From Diplonema japonicum (lineage: Eukaryota; Protista; Euglenozoa: Diplonemea), in the NCBI GenBank assembly GCA_964019335.1, contig OZ025677.1, positions 556,252-620,251 on the forward strand: a stretch of 64,000 nucleotides of DNA. The letters run 5' to 3'. The notes under the pieces were generated by a model. That model was not told where the DNA came from. It searched no databases and saw only the letters and a list, made by a program, of their open reading frames with translations. Shown in pieces: positions 37,042 to 47,921 of this stretch. How positions within the stretch are numbered: position 1 is the stretch's first letter; each line of letters starts with the position of its first letter. Position numbers and translations under genes: made by a program.

Positions 37042-38339
37042 AAAAAAAAAAAAAAAAAAAAAAAAAAGAAAGAAACACTGCCAGGATCCTGTCCTGATGG
37101 TGACCTTAGGACATGCCTAAGGCCATTAAAACTGTTTTTGAATTCATGATCTCAAAAACGGATGAAAAAGATGTTATTGTGCCCCCCCCCCCCCCCCCCC
37201 CCCCCGCGACGCCGAGATGACAGCAACGGTGTGAGATTGAGTTTCTTTTCGGGTTTTTTTTTTTTTTTTTTTTTTTTTTTTGCCATTCGAATTAGTTTGT
37301 GCTGTGAAAAAAAATATTATCGGCTTTTTCCGACGGGGGGGGGAAGGGGGGAGAAGAAGAGCTCTGGCAAAAGAAAAACAGCAACCCCAGCCCTTCAACC
37401 CCGCCCCCTGCGACGCAGAAGCGCGGCTTGGGAATAATAGAAAAGAAGAAAACTCGATAACTTATGTGCGAGACAAAGGAATCCAGAGGGCGCCCTGCAC
37501 AAGCACCTCTACTTGATGACAGGGCCGCACTTCTCTTCAATACGTTCTTCCACCAGGGCTATACTGGCGTTTTCAAGCTTTTTTCCTAAGAAAAGAAGGG
37601 AACACGTTTCCTTAAGTATCTGAAAAATAAGGGAAACGGATACGGAAACGGCAACATAGCCGCGCCCCCTCCCACCCTTTCCGCAATATGCTGCCCTTTT
37701 CTGTATGAGTACCAAGATTTCTGAACATGTTGCTGAAAAAGACCCAACAAAACAAAGGGAAAAGATAATTCAGACAATTTTAAAAAGGAAGAGAAGAATA
37801 AGGGAGGGATACACAAAAAAAACTAAAAAAGAAAAGAGTCAGTTGGTTGTTGTTTGTGCACAGCCGGGTTTAACCTTAGGATAAGCCCAACAATGCTACC
37901 ACCACTCTTTTTAGCACCAATTCTCTATCAATTTTATTGTTTTTCTTGTTCATCCAAAAAAGAAGAAGAAGGCAAAGGCTTTTTTTTTTTTTTCTTCTTC
38001 CTCTTTTTTTTCACTCAACTATTAATTTCTGGCGACTTCCCTTTCCGGGGCAATTTTCTTTGGGCACCAACCTTGCGGGGCGGCCTACAACACCACAACA
38101 ACTTTCTCCCCCCTCCCCCTTTTTTTTTGCAAACTGCATGACCACGCCCGTCCAATTTCATTTTTTTTTCCCTTCCCCTTCAATATTTTTCTTTTGACAG
38201 AATAAAAGAAATTCCGGGGGGGGGGGGGGGGGGGGTGGGGGAGAAGGTAAAGAATAAATAAGATCACTTTGCCGGAGTGGGTGGTAATTACTGCAAATCT
38301 CTTTACCTTGTCCTGGAAGGATAGCGTCCCGGAAAAAAA

Positions 38340-39273
38340 ATATATGAGTTAAAGGAAGTCTTTGTGAGACGCCCCCTTGTTCTCATCTTCTACCTGCACC
38401 TATCCCCTTTCAGCAGCGGTTTCTCCTCCTTTGGTGGTCTTGCCGGCCTTCTCCCCAGCCTGGCCGCTCTTTCTCTTCGTTCTCTCGCCCATTGTCCTTT
38501 CAACGCCTCTAGGTCATGCTTGGTCTTCGGTGATGCAAATATCGCCCTCCTGTTCCATCCGATCACCGCCTTTGTCCTCCCGATGGATCGTAGTGTGTGC
38601 ACCCTTGTGCTCGGCTCAGCTGGGAAGGCCCTCCTTCCTTTCACCTTCTTCAGTACCCTCCCTAGCTCCCATGTGTGCCAGATCTTCTTCATCAGTCCAT
38701 GCAATCTCCTCGCTTTCTGCTGTACTTCTGCGAGATCCCCCAGCTTCCCTCCAAGGGTCTTCCCGGTCACGTTCTCGAAATCCAGTGCCAGCTCCACCGT
38801 CGACACTGACGTGTTCCTGCTGCCTGCATACCAGCGCAGTTGCCGCATCCACCTCAGCACCTCCTTCGTGTCCTCCCGTAGGACATCCCCTGCCGGTAGC
38901 TTGCCGAAGTCCTTGTCCGACGGTACTGGGTGTTCTTGACCTTGTGTGATCTCCAGCCACTGGTGTGTGTGGTACACCTCCTGCCTCTTCGCTTGTAGGG
39001 CTGCGTCCTGCTCCCCCACCACCGCCAGCAGGTACCTCTGCGTTCCTTCGAGCCTTTCCCTGACATCCTTCCCTGCTCCCCTTGGCAGGATGCCATGCAG
39101 CTTCGTACACGGTTCCAGCCCCCTGCGCGTCATGCCTTCGTGTTCTTCCCGCTGTTGCACTTCCTTGGCCTTTTCGCACTCCCACAGTGCGTGCTCCAGC
39201 ATGTTGGGCAGCTGTTGCTCCTGACCGCAGATGTCGCAGTGTGCCGTCGTGGGTTCGGCCTGCTTAGCTTCTT
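38340..39273 (-). mobile_element. 5'-truncated copy of LINE family 1 (3' ~930 bp)
   Basis: Almost identical to 42056-42731 plus an extra 258 nt; A-runs on + at both junctions. Confidence 0.95.
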
Positions 39274-39592
39274 TAAAAAAAAAAAAAAAAAAAGAAAAAA
39301 AGATTGTATGGCTCAGGCAGGGTAAGAAAACAGGGGAAGTCTTGTTAGCAAACAACAAAAAAAAAAAAAAAAAAAAAAACGAAACAATGTGAATGTAAAG
39401 TAACAATAGAGCGGTCCACGTGCCCACAGCCAAGTGCTTACTTCATTTCCACCATAAGGTGGGCTATTAGGCTAGAAGTGAGCCAAGCTGCGACACGCAT
39501 GCCCCAGTGATAAGAGTCAACGGAAAAAAAAAAAAGAAATGAAAGAAAAAAAAAAAAACGAAAGAAAGGGGTAAATCTTATTAAACATTCGC

Positions 39593-39629
<37 letters not shown>

Positions 39630-39770
39630 TGTCTACCTGCAAAGGGATTGTAAGTTTTCCACAAACAGTAGTAAAAAAAAAAATTCCAAATTCCACAATA
39701 ATAATCCCAAATTCGGTTTTGAAAAAAAAAAAAAAAAAGTATTATTTAAGGGTGCCTGAAGTATGTGACA

Positions 39771-39980
39771 GGGCGCCCTGAACAAGCATTGTCTACTTGA
39801 TTACAGGGGGCGCACCTCGGCGTAACTGTAGCTTCTTCTGCGTTCCGCGTCGTGTCCTTACTCCTGGCCCGTGCAGTTTGCTGCCGTTCGTCACCTGAGC
39901 ATCTGCAGTACCATGACTGACGCGGAGGTCAACAGCGACAATACCATTATATTTCCATATTTTTGTGTTATCCCCACCAC
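39771..39980 (-). repeat. Degenerate SINE-like family B copy
   Basis: gggcgccctg...tgtctacttgattacagggggcgcac...ttatccccaccac. Confidence 0.75.
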
Positions 39981-40757
39981 CCCCAAAAAAAAATAATATG
40001 GTGTTTTACGCCATAAAAGATCAGATCCATTGCCCTGTGGTCATCGGGGGGTCGTTCATAAGCCTCATTTGTTCCTGTTGCCTGCAATTGTTTCATCCAC
40101 TGAATAGGACTTCCCCCTACAGGGAACCCAGTGCTCGTCTAATAATAATAACAATTAAATAAAAAAAAAGAAATCACAATCTTTGTGGAGAAGCCCTCAG
40201 GGACGTGTTTCGTGTGGTGGACCCCATTTCCGGAATTTCTTTCTTTTTTTTTTTTCGAGCAACAAGCATCTCCATCGTCCTTGTCACGTCGGTCGGAAAA
40301 AAAAAAAAAAAAAAAGAAGAAATAAAAAATACAGGGACAACAATTAAAATTAAAAATTCAAGAAATAGAAAGGGGGGGGGGGGGGGGGGAAGAAAGAAAG
40401 GAGAGAGAGAGAGAGAGAGCTGGCAAAGACATAAGAAAGTGTTCCGCTGAAGGGGAGAACATGATTAAGCCCTTCAAACCCAAAGGATTATTGGAAAAAA
40501 ATACTTTTTCCATCTTTCTTTTTAAAAAAAACCCTCGCCTAGCACCCCCTTACCCGTATTTATTTACGAAAAAAACTTGACCTCTGGATGCGGTTGTTGT
40601 AATATTATCGCCACTCAAATGTTCAGGAGCCTGGCTTCTGCGGGTGGGTGTCGACGTGGCACAGCCTTCAAAAATAGAAATACGTAACCCAGTCGCCCAA
40701 CTGGGGGAGGGGGGAATTTCCCTTTTTCATTTTTTTGGTCGTTTCTTCGGGGGAATA

Positions 40758-40802
<45 letters not shown>

Positions 40803-40842
40803 CCCGAAAACGACCAGGGAAAAAGAAAAAAAAGAAAAAAAA

Positions 40843-40955
40843 ACTAGTTTGGCGCTCCATTTGTTTGTGCGCACGAGCGGGGTTTTACCTAATAAAAATA
40901 GCTCATTACGCTGCCATCAACTAGTTTTTAGTCTCGACAATAATATTGTTAAAAC
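40843..40955. repeat. Repeat family D copy
   Basis: Near-identical to 62336-62445. Confidence 0.85.
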
Positions 40956-41127
40956 AAAACAAAAAAAAAAAGCGATGTTTAAAGGGCAAGTCCCGCGTTC
41001 GAGGACCCACCCTTAAGAAAAAATGGGGGGGGGGGAAACAAAGAGAAAAAAGAAGAGGGAGCCGGAAAAAAAAAAAAATTAAGTAAAAAGTTTTTAAAAA
41101 AATGTTTTCCAGAGGAAAAGAGAGAAA

Positions 41128-41240
41128 GAGGAACTGGCCGTTGTTTGTACGTTCCCGGGTAAAACCTGGAGAAGTTTGTCACCCCAAACACGTTGCCAAA
41201 GTTCCCCTTTTGTTTAGACAAGTCAAAGACTCGTTCTTGC
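41128..41240. repeat. Repeat family C copy
   Basis: Near-consensus copy, directly adjacent to the family B tail. Confidence 0.85.
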
Positions 41241-41242
41241 AA

Positions 41243-41270
<28 letters not shown>

Positions 41271-41273
<3 letters not shown>

Positions 41274-41594
41274 TATGAGTTAAAGGAGGCCGGTGTTGGC
41301 GGCGCCCTGCACAAGAACTGTCTACTTGATTACAGGGGGCGCACCGCGGCCGAGTTGTAGCTTCTTCTGCGTTCCGCGTCGTGTCCTTAATGCGTGCGGT
41401 GTGCAGCTCAACCCCAGCCGGTGCGTCCCGGGTAACCAAGATTCTGCGCTCGTGCAGTTTGCTGCCTGTTCGTCACCCTGAGCATCTGCATTATGTTCTT
41501 CCACTCGGGTGCTACCGGTGATGACCGACGAGGAGGTCAACAGCGAACAACACATCTGATGTTTTTCTTATATTTTCATGTTATCCCCACCACC
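41271..41594 (-). mobile_element. Longest copy of SINE-like family B (~320 bp) with an (AT)n tail
   Basis: Multi-copy, non-coding, no TIRs; terminus TCCTTTAACTCATATAT is shared with LINE family 1. Confidence 0.8.
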
Positions 41595-42105
41595 TAAAAA
41601 AATTTGTCTCGATTTTAGTGGTGCCATGCAGTATGTGACACAGCGGCCACCCTTGTGAAACTTCGCCCCGAAGCCTCCCAAGTCCCCTGTGGTCCCGTAG
41701 AAAGTAAAAGTGGAGAGGTAAAGAAAGCTTGGAAATTGAAATAGGGAGAGGGGCCACAGAAGCAATTAAACACCAACTGGAGAGTTGTGGGAGGCTTGCT
41801 TCACTGGCACGATGCCGCGGGGAGGCTACTTGCCTGACCTGGTGAAGCCACCTCCTTGTTCGATGTAATGGGATAAGGGACTCTCCGTTGAGGGCGATGC
41901 TAACTGGCGCCACGCGTAGGGTGGGCTCTCCACCCCCGTCCAGGTTTCCCCACGTGTACGGCTTTAGAACGAGAGTTTCCCTTTCGCTTGTGTTTCTCCA
42001 AACCACAATTACCAGGAACCACCACAGGGAGGTTGGAAACATTGGTCCTCAAAAAATATATGAGTTAAAGGAAGTCTTTGTGAGACGCCCCCTTGTTCTC
42101 ATCTT

Positions 42106-45100
42106 CTACCTGCACCTATCCCCTTTCAGCAGCGGGTTCTCCTCCTTTGGTGGTCTTGCCGGCCTTCTCCCCAGCCTGGCCGCTCTTTCTCTTCGTTCTC
42201 TCGCCCATTGTCCTTTCAATGCCTCTAGGTCATGCTTGGTCTTCGGTGATGCAAATATCGCCCTCCTGTTCCATCCGATCACCGCCTTTGTCCTCCCGAT
42301 GGATCGTAGTGTGTGCACCTCCTTCGTGTACTCCCGTAGGACATCCCCTGCCGGTAGCTTGCCGAAGTCCTTGTCCGACGGTACTGGGTGTTCTTGACCT
42401 TGTGTGATCTCCAGCCACTGGTGTGTGTGGTACACCTCCTGCCTCTTCGCTTGTAGGGCTGCGTCCCGCTCCCCCACCACCGCCAGCAGGTACCTCTGCG
42501 TTCCTTCGAGCCTTTCCCTGACATCCTTCCCTGCTCCCCTTGGCAGGATGCCATGCAGCTTCGTACACGGTTCCAGCCCCCTGCGCGTCATGCCTTCGTG
42601 TTCTTCCCGCTGTTGCACTTCCTTGGCCTTTTCGCACTCCCACAGTGCGTGCTCCAGCATGTTGGGCAGCTGTTGCTCCTGACCGCAGATGTCGCAGTGT
42701 GCCGTCGTGGGTTCGGCCTGCTTAGCTTCTTGCTTCCTCGCCTCCGCAATCAGCCACTTTTCGGTGTCCTGTCCTTCCTCTTCTTCTTCTTCTTGTTCAT
42801 CTTCAGCCTCGTCTTCATCCTCGTCTTCTTCTCCTTCCGCCATCGGGATGTGCTCCACCGTGTCCGTGCGCCATCCCCGTGGGTTGATGTAGAACACTGC
42901 CCCCGAGATGATCCTTCGCACGTCCCTTGCTGCAATCGGGTCCGTCACCACCAGCTTCCTCCACAGCGCGTTGGTCTCCGCTGCTGCCGCAGCTTCCATG
43001 CCCCCCATGGTGCTCCGTTTGCTCATGATTTCCTGTGCTTCCGCCCGCCTGAGTCGGTCCCTGATGTAGTGCTTGTAGGGCTCCTTTTCCAGTGCGTGGG
43101 TGTCCTTCAGCTGTGCCCAGCTTAACTTGATCTGAGGCAGCCACCTTTCCATCATGATGCCCACCGGTCCCACCGGTATCTTCTTCCCGCTGTACCGTTT
43201 GGCAATGGCGTCGCAGCGTGTCCACAGCTTGTCGTCCTTCTTGCAGGCTCTGTATAGGAGCATAAGTGCTCTGTATGCGGCTGTCATCTGTGGGTGGCTC
43301 GTGTGTCCCGGCAGTGTCACGGATAGTACTGTGCCTGGGTTCCTGGTGCAGTACTTCTGCCCCCAGAGCGCGTACGTGGTCTCCTTCACCAGCGTGGCCA
43401 TTTGTCCCGTTTTCGGCGGTGAGAATGGGCAGTCGTAGAGGCAGCTCGGTAGGATCGTGCTGCTGATGATCTTCGCCTTCTGCTGAAAGGACAACGGCGT
43501 TGCTCCCAGCCTGCTCAGCGTCCCGAGTGCCTCCGCCGTCCTGTCGCCGTTGGTTTGCGGCCTGCCGTCTGTCCGCAGCTTGGCTCCCAGTACTCCTACA
43601 GTCCGTGTCGGCTGCAGTTCCTCGCCTTTCACCTTCACCTCCGGTGTCTTCCTGTTCACTGCAAAGGTCTTCGTCTTCCTGGTGTTGAGCTTCATCCCCA
43701 CCTGTTTGCAGAAGGCTTCCACTGCGTCTACGCCTTCCTGCAACGCCGCACCGAGCCGTGCCAAGAGATATGCATCGTCCGCGTAAGACAGCGAGCGGAC
43801 CCCTGTGTCGTTCTCCACCTGCTTCATTAGTACCGCCAACAGCGCGTTGATGAGTACCACTGAAATCGGGCATCCCTGAAGGATTCCATTGGTTGTGTGG
43901 AACTCCTCCCCCACGCCTGCTGCGTACCTGAACCGTCTTCGCATGCCTGCGTACATTCCTTTCAGTGCCCTGAGGATGCCTGTGTCCATGCCCATGTCCT
44001 CCACCAGCTCCAGAACCAGCTGTTGCGGTACACTGTCAAAGCATTTCGCAAAGTCGAGTGCCACCCCGACTAGCGGTTTCCCCTCCAGAATGGATTCTTC
44101 GATGTCAAGGGCGAGGTCCAAAAGTGCGTCCTCTGTCCCGAAACCCGTGCGGAATCCGTATTGCTTGTCGTGTATCCATTTCTCCTGCCAGATGAGGATA
44201 TCAGACAGTCGCGCGCATGCCCAGAGTCTGTACACCGCAGATGTGACTGTGATAGGCCTGTGCTCCAGTGGTCCCGCATCGTCGCACTTCGGTACGAGGG
44301 TAACCAGTGCCGTTTTCATGGCTTCCGGCCACCTCCCCGTTGCTTCGATCGCATGGAAGAGCATCGCCCAGGCGTCTAGTACTGACTCTGGTAGTTTCCG
44401 TAGCTCTAGCATCCTCCACCCGTCGATGCCTGCCGCGCTTTTCTTGCTTTTCTTTCTGAGCACTTCCCTCAGCCTTGCTCCCGTCAGTTGTGTCCTCTCC
44501 ATCTCATGCCGTTGCACGAACTTGCTGTACTTTGCCTTGAAGGGGGCATAGAGGGGCTCCGGTCGGGACTCGTATTTCGCAAAGACGGTCTTCCACGCCT
44601 TGCGCATGACGCTGTCGATCAGTCCGGGGGACGCAAAGAGCACCATCCCTTCCTTGACCGCCCTGGTTCCGTCGCTTTGACGTTTGCCTTTCGCGACTTT
44701 TACCAGTCTTGTTGTCTCGCGTCCTGCTGCAACCTCGGCCAGGTATTCTCGTCTCCGTGACGTGTTCGCCTCGGTCCTTTTCTTCCGTTCCTCAGCTGCA
44801 ATTGCGTCTTCCATGTTCAGCGCTGCTGCCAGCATGTCCTCTATGAGAACAGCGTCGTGCGGCACCGGTTCAGCTGGTACTGCCAGAGCCTTTGCTTCCC
44901 TGTTCACGTTTCTTATCGTGTTCAGGGTCGGCTTGCTTAGCCCCTTGTCCTCAACTGCTTGCTCGAGCTGTTGTTGCAGTGTCCGCGTCTTGAGCTTCAG
45001 CTTTTCCAGTCGCGCTTGCCATGTTGTAGCTGCACCCACCGTTCCCGTCGTCGTTGGTGCACACACTTCCTTCTCCTTTGTGCTGGTGTGTTTGCCTCTT

Positions 45101-46197
45101 CCGACGTACGCTGCCCTCCCCGGCGTCCCCACTGGTTGGTCTATGAGGAGGTCTTCGGTGCACCGGGAGAGGGTCTCGAAGGCTTTTGTTATATTTCCTT
45201 CGTGCAGGTACTGTCGGAATCCGGCTGCTTCCACTGCTTCGGCTCCTTGTTCTTCCGTTGGCTCATCTGCCGTCTCCAGACCCCTCGGCAGCATGTATCG
45301 TTGTACCGTCATCCTGAATCTGTCGAGCTCAAGTGCAACCGTCAGTGTCCGGTGATCCGTCCCCTTGATCGCTTGGTTCACTTGGCATCCGGTGATGGCC
45401 GGTACTGCCTCCGGACTTGCCAGTATCCTGTCGATCCGCGTGGCGCAGTTCTCCCGTACAAACGTTGGATCAGGTTGTTTCCCTCTCCATTTTGCGCATA
45501 GGTCCGCTGTGTCCGCCCATCCTGCCTGCAGTGCCTTCCGCAGTTCCGGGGATCTTGCCTCGTCGGTGTTGAAGTCGCCAACGACGAGTATTGGCACATT
45601 GCCGAGCTCCTTCGCCTTCTTCCGCAGGATGTAGTGGAGGAGGGTCTCCCTCTTTGCGGTCTCTTCACGTCCTGTTCCTGCCGGGCAGTATATCGATATG
45701 ATATGTAGCCATCTGCGTTTGCCATCGATTGCGACCTGAGTGTGCAGCCACCTCCTGCGTTGTTCTTCAGATTGGTCGTTGGTGTCCAGAGAACCTGGCA
45801 ATGCTGTCCTGGGTTCTCGGATTAGGGTTGCCAGTCCTCCCCTCTGAGCTACCCAGTTCGAAGCGATTCCCTCCACCTTCCTTCCCGGCTGCGGCGGTCC
45901 CCACATCGGCTTCCACTTCTTCTTCGTCTTCTTCCCGAGCTCCCGCTCCATCTCCTGCTGCCCAGCTAAGGTCAGCGCCGTCTCCTGCGTGCAGATCACG
46001 TCGACGTCCAGCTTCGTCGTAACCTCCTCTATTTGGTTGCGTAGGGAGGCCACGTTCACTGTCGACACGTACATGTTGGGCCCAGGGTTCGGATGTATCC
46101 CCTGCGCCGTGAGCCTCGCGAAGTCCTCTTCCTCCTCTGACCCCGGTTTCCGCCTCCCCGTTTTCAGTTGGGGAGGTTTCCAATGCAGCTCACGCAT
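42106..46197 (-). CDS. LINE ORF2: 2A-like peptide, apurinic endonuclease, reverse transcriptase, C-terminal CCHC motif (start uncertain)
   Basis: APE motifs TVNVASL, ICTQET, ISIY, VGDFN, RIDRI, TDH; RT motifs KSAAGIDG, RPITV, QYGFR, LDFAKCFD, GILQGCPIS, YADD; C-x2-C...H-x4-C. No RNase H motif seen. Confidence 0.92.
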   Translation of the reverse strand: MRELHWKPPQLKTGRRKPGSEEEEDFARLTAQGIHPNPGPNMYVSTVNVASLRNQIEEVTTKLDVDVICTQETALTLAGQQEMERELGKKTKKKWKPMWGPPQPGRKVEGIASNWVAQRGGLATLIREPRTALPGSLDTNDQSEEQRRRWLHTQVAIDGKRRWLHIISIYCPAGTGREETAKRETLLHYILRKKAKELGNVPILVVGDFNTDEARSPELRKALQAGWADTADLCAKWRGKQPDPTFVRENCATRIDRILASPEAVPAITGCQVNQAIKGTDHRTLTVALELDRFRMTVQRYMLPRGLETADEPTEEQGAEAVEAAGFRQYLHEGNITKAFETLSRCTEDLLIDQPVGTPGRAAYVGRGKHTSTKEKEVCAPTTTGTVGAATTWQARLEKLKLKTRTLQQQLEQAVEDKGLSKPTLNTIRNVNREAKALAVPAEPVPHDAVLIEDMLAAALNMEDAIAAEERKKRTEANTSRRREYLAEVAAGRETTRLVKVAKGKRQSDGTRAVKEGMVLFASPGLIDSVMRKAWKTVFAKYESRPEPLYAPFKAKYSKFVQRHEMERTQLTGARLREVLRKKSKKSAAGIDGWRMLELRKLPESVLDAWAMLFHAIEATGRWPEAMKTALVTLVPKCDDAGPLEHRPITVTSAVYRLWACARLSDILIWQEKWIHDKQYGFRTGFGTEDALLDLALDIEESILEGKPLVGVALDFAKCFDSVPQQLVLELVEDMGMDTGILRALKGMYAGMRRRFRYAAGVGEEFHTTNGILQGCPISVVLINALLAVLMKQVENDTGVRSLSYADDAYLLARLGAALQEGVDAVEAFCKQVGMKLNTRKTKTFAVNRKTPEVKVKGEELQPTRTVGVLGAKLRTDGRPQTNGDRTAEALGTLSRLGATPLSFQQKAKIISSTILPSCLYDCPFSPPKTGQMATLVKETTYALWGQKYCTRNPGTVLSVTLPGHTSHPQMTAAYRALMLLYRACKKDDKLWTRCDAIAKRYSGKKIPVGPVGIMMERWLPQIKLSWAQLKDTHALEKEPYKHYIRDRLRRAEAQEIMSKRSTMGGMEAAAAAETNALWRKLVVTDPIAARDVRRIISGAVFYINPRGWRTDTVEHIPMAEGEEDEDEDEAEDEQEEEEEEGQDTEKWLIAEARKQEAKQAEPTTAHCDICGQEQQLPNMLEHALWECEKAKEVQQREEHEGMTRRGLEPCTKLHGILPRGAGKDVRERLEGTQRYLLAVVGERDAALQAKRQEVYHTHQWLEITQGQEHPVPSDKDFGKLPAGDVLREYTKEVHTLRSIGRTKAVIGWNRRAIFASPKTKHDLEALKGQWARERRERAARLGRRPARPPKEENPLLKGDRCR
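46078..46140 (-). other. 2A-like (StopGo) peptide SEEEEDFARLTAQGIHPNPGP
   Basis: Invariant NPGP ending, immediately before the first APE strand; differs from the DxExNPGP consensus at two positions. Confidence 0.7.
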
Positions 46198-47921
46198 TGT
46201 TCCCGCCTGCAGTTCTCCATGGCGCACACCCTCGCCCTCCTGCCTTTCAGCTGGCCATGACATGACCCGCATTGACCCTGTGAGGCTTGGTAGGTCGCAG
46301 ACCAAGCATGGACATGCACCTTCTGCTTCTTCTTCTCCTTGCCTTGCAGCTTCCCTTCCGACGAGGTTGTTGGCTTCCTGTGGCCGGGGCTGCTGGGGTC
46401 GGGCTTCTTCGGCGACGGGGAGGGTGAGGGAGTCTGGCTCCTCTGTCGCTTCGGTGACGCTGCCTTGTTCGTGTTCGTGTTCGTGCTTGTCTTTTTCGGG
46501 GACACTGCACCTGCCGCCGCCGCCGTCGCAGGCTTCTTCTTCGCCGTCGGCGTCTCCGTGTTCTGTTCCGGAGTGCCGCTCCTCTGCCGCTTCGGGGATG
46601 CAGCGCTTGTCGTGGCTGCTGGGGTCGTCGCGGCCCTGTTCTCCATCGCCCTGCGTGCCACCTTCCTTAGCGCATCTTTGAGGCGGTCGACTTCGCTCTG
46701 CAACTTCGTGACGAGCATTTTGTATTGCTCTAGCTCTGTTGCGTTGATCGTGGTGTCCTTCTGTTGCTGTTGTTGTTGTTGTTGTTGTTCTTGCTTCTGC
46801 GGCTTCTTTGTCTTCTTCTTCTTCTGTTCTGTGGTCGTGTCCGCGGTCGCGTCCTTCTGCTCCCGTTCCTGCAGCTTCTCGGGGTCGGCGGCCGCCCAGT
46901 ACTCCTCGCCCTTGTTCTTGCCGTAAAAACAGAGGAACTCGGGCTTGGAGTATCGTGTGTCGCAGTTTTCGTTGGGGTCCTTCCTCGTTTCCCCTTTCGC
47001 CACCACCATTTGCAGTGGTTGCTGCTTCCACGCCGCCGTCAGCGCCATCCGGTGCTCCCCCACCTGCACCTCGCCGAACGGGGGCTGCCCTGCCGACTGG
47101 ACCACCGCCAGTTGCCGCCCCTTCTTCGGGATGACGCGAATGACCGTCGCGTCCTTCCACCCGTTGTTCCGTAGCAAGCCCTGCACCTGCTCGCCCGTGA
47201 TCCCGCGTGGCACACTGTGGAGGTCGAACTTTCGTCCGGCCCCTGTTCCCACCAGCAAGCCGGCCTCCTGTGCTTTGTGTCTGGCGTCGTCGCTGTCCAG
47301 GTTCCCGTCTTGCACCAAACCGAGACCCCTCCCGTTGCTTGTGAGGGTGGCCGTAGGTCCTCCGATCCCCCGCGCCGCCGCCACGTCCCACGTCCTCAGC
47401 CATAGTGGTGGCTGCTTCTCTCGCTTCCTCCTGCGGTCCTCTACGAACAAGCCCCCCGCACCAGCCTGCTTCGCCTTCCCTTCTTCGTTGGCCGCCACGT
47501 AGACCAGGAGGTCCAGCTTGGTCAGCTGTCCCTTCCAGGCCTCGCCTCTTGGCTCTGAGATCCCCCGCAGGGTGACTCCCAGCGCCTTGAGTGCCTTCAC
47601 CGTCTCGTTCTTGGCGTCCGCTTGCACCTTCGCCCACCCGTCCTCCCCGGATGCGGCTCTCCACCAGATGGCTCGCAGTACGATCGTGCTGCTGCTGCTG
47701 CTGTCGTTGTCGTCGTCCTCGTCCATCCACTTCTCCTGCACCTCCTGCACCTGACGAGAAGGCCATTCCTTCGCCGTCACCTTCTGCGCTTGCACCGGCT
47801 TCACTGACCTCGCCATTCGCGCCACCTGCACCCATGTTGATGATGCTGCCTCCTTCTGGGGAGTTTGCTCCCCCCCCTTGGGAGGGGACCCAGGGCCACC
47901 ACGTGGAGGTTCCCCAGCCAT
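46164..47921 (-). CDS. LINE ORF1 (585 aa): poly-Q, coiled coil, SPK repeats, C-terminal Cys/His zinc finger
   Basis: First ATG after the SL; ends HVH-x12-CxxC-x11-C-x4-C-x4-CxxC. Confidence 0.85.
   Translation of the reverse strand: MAGEPPRGGPGSPPKGGEQTPQKEAASSTWVQVARMARSVKPVQAQKVTAKEWPSRQVQEVQEKWMDEDDDNDSSSSSTIVLRAIWWRAASGEDGWAKVQADAKNETVKALKALGVTLRGISEPRGEAWKGQLTKLDLLVYVAANEEGKAKQAGAGGLFVEDRRRKREKQPPLWLRTWDVAAARGIGGPTATLTSNGRGLGLVQDGNLDSDDARHKAQEAGLLVGTGAGRKFDLHSVPRGITGEQVQGLLRNNGWKDATVIRVIPKKGRQLAVVQSAGQPPFGEVQVGEHRMALTAAWKQQPLQMVVAKGETRKDPNENCDTRYSKPEFLCFYGKNKGEEYWAAADPEKLQEREQKDATADTTTEQKKKKTKKPQKQEQQQQQQQQQKDTTINATELEQYKMLVTKLQSEVDRLKDALRKVARRAMENRAATTPAATTSAASPKRQRSGTPEQNTETPTAKKKPATAAAAGAVSPKKTSTNTNTNKAASPKRQRSQTPSPSPSPKKPDPSSPGHRKPTTSSEGKLQGKEKKKQKVHVHAWSATYQASQGQCGSCHGQLKGRRARVCAMENCRREQCVSCIGNLPN

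Noticed and set aside
38604-38861. 258-nt segment as a spliced-out GT-AG intron
   Set aside because: Exact GT...AG removal would leave one extra G; the observed junction fits a 5-nt microhomology deletion.
41519-41560. Box C/D snoRNA in family B (GTGATGA...CTGA)
   Set aside because: Only ~40 nt between boxes, not conserved in all copies, and on the strand opposite the inferred transcript.
41600-42050. 153-aa ORF next to the LINE 3' end
   Set aside because: GC-richer than background but no recognisable motif; could be another decayed element and cannot be assigned.
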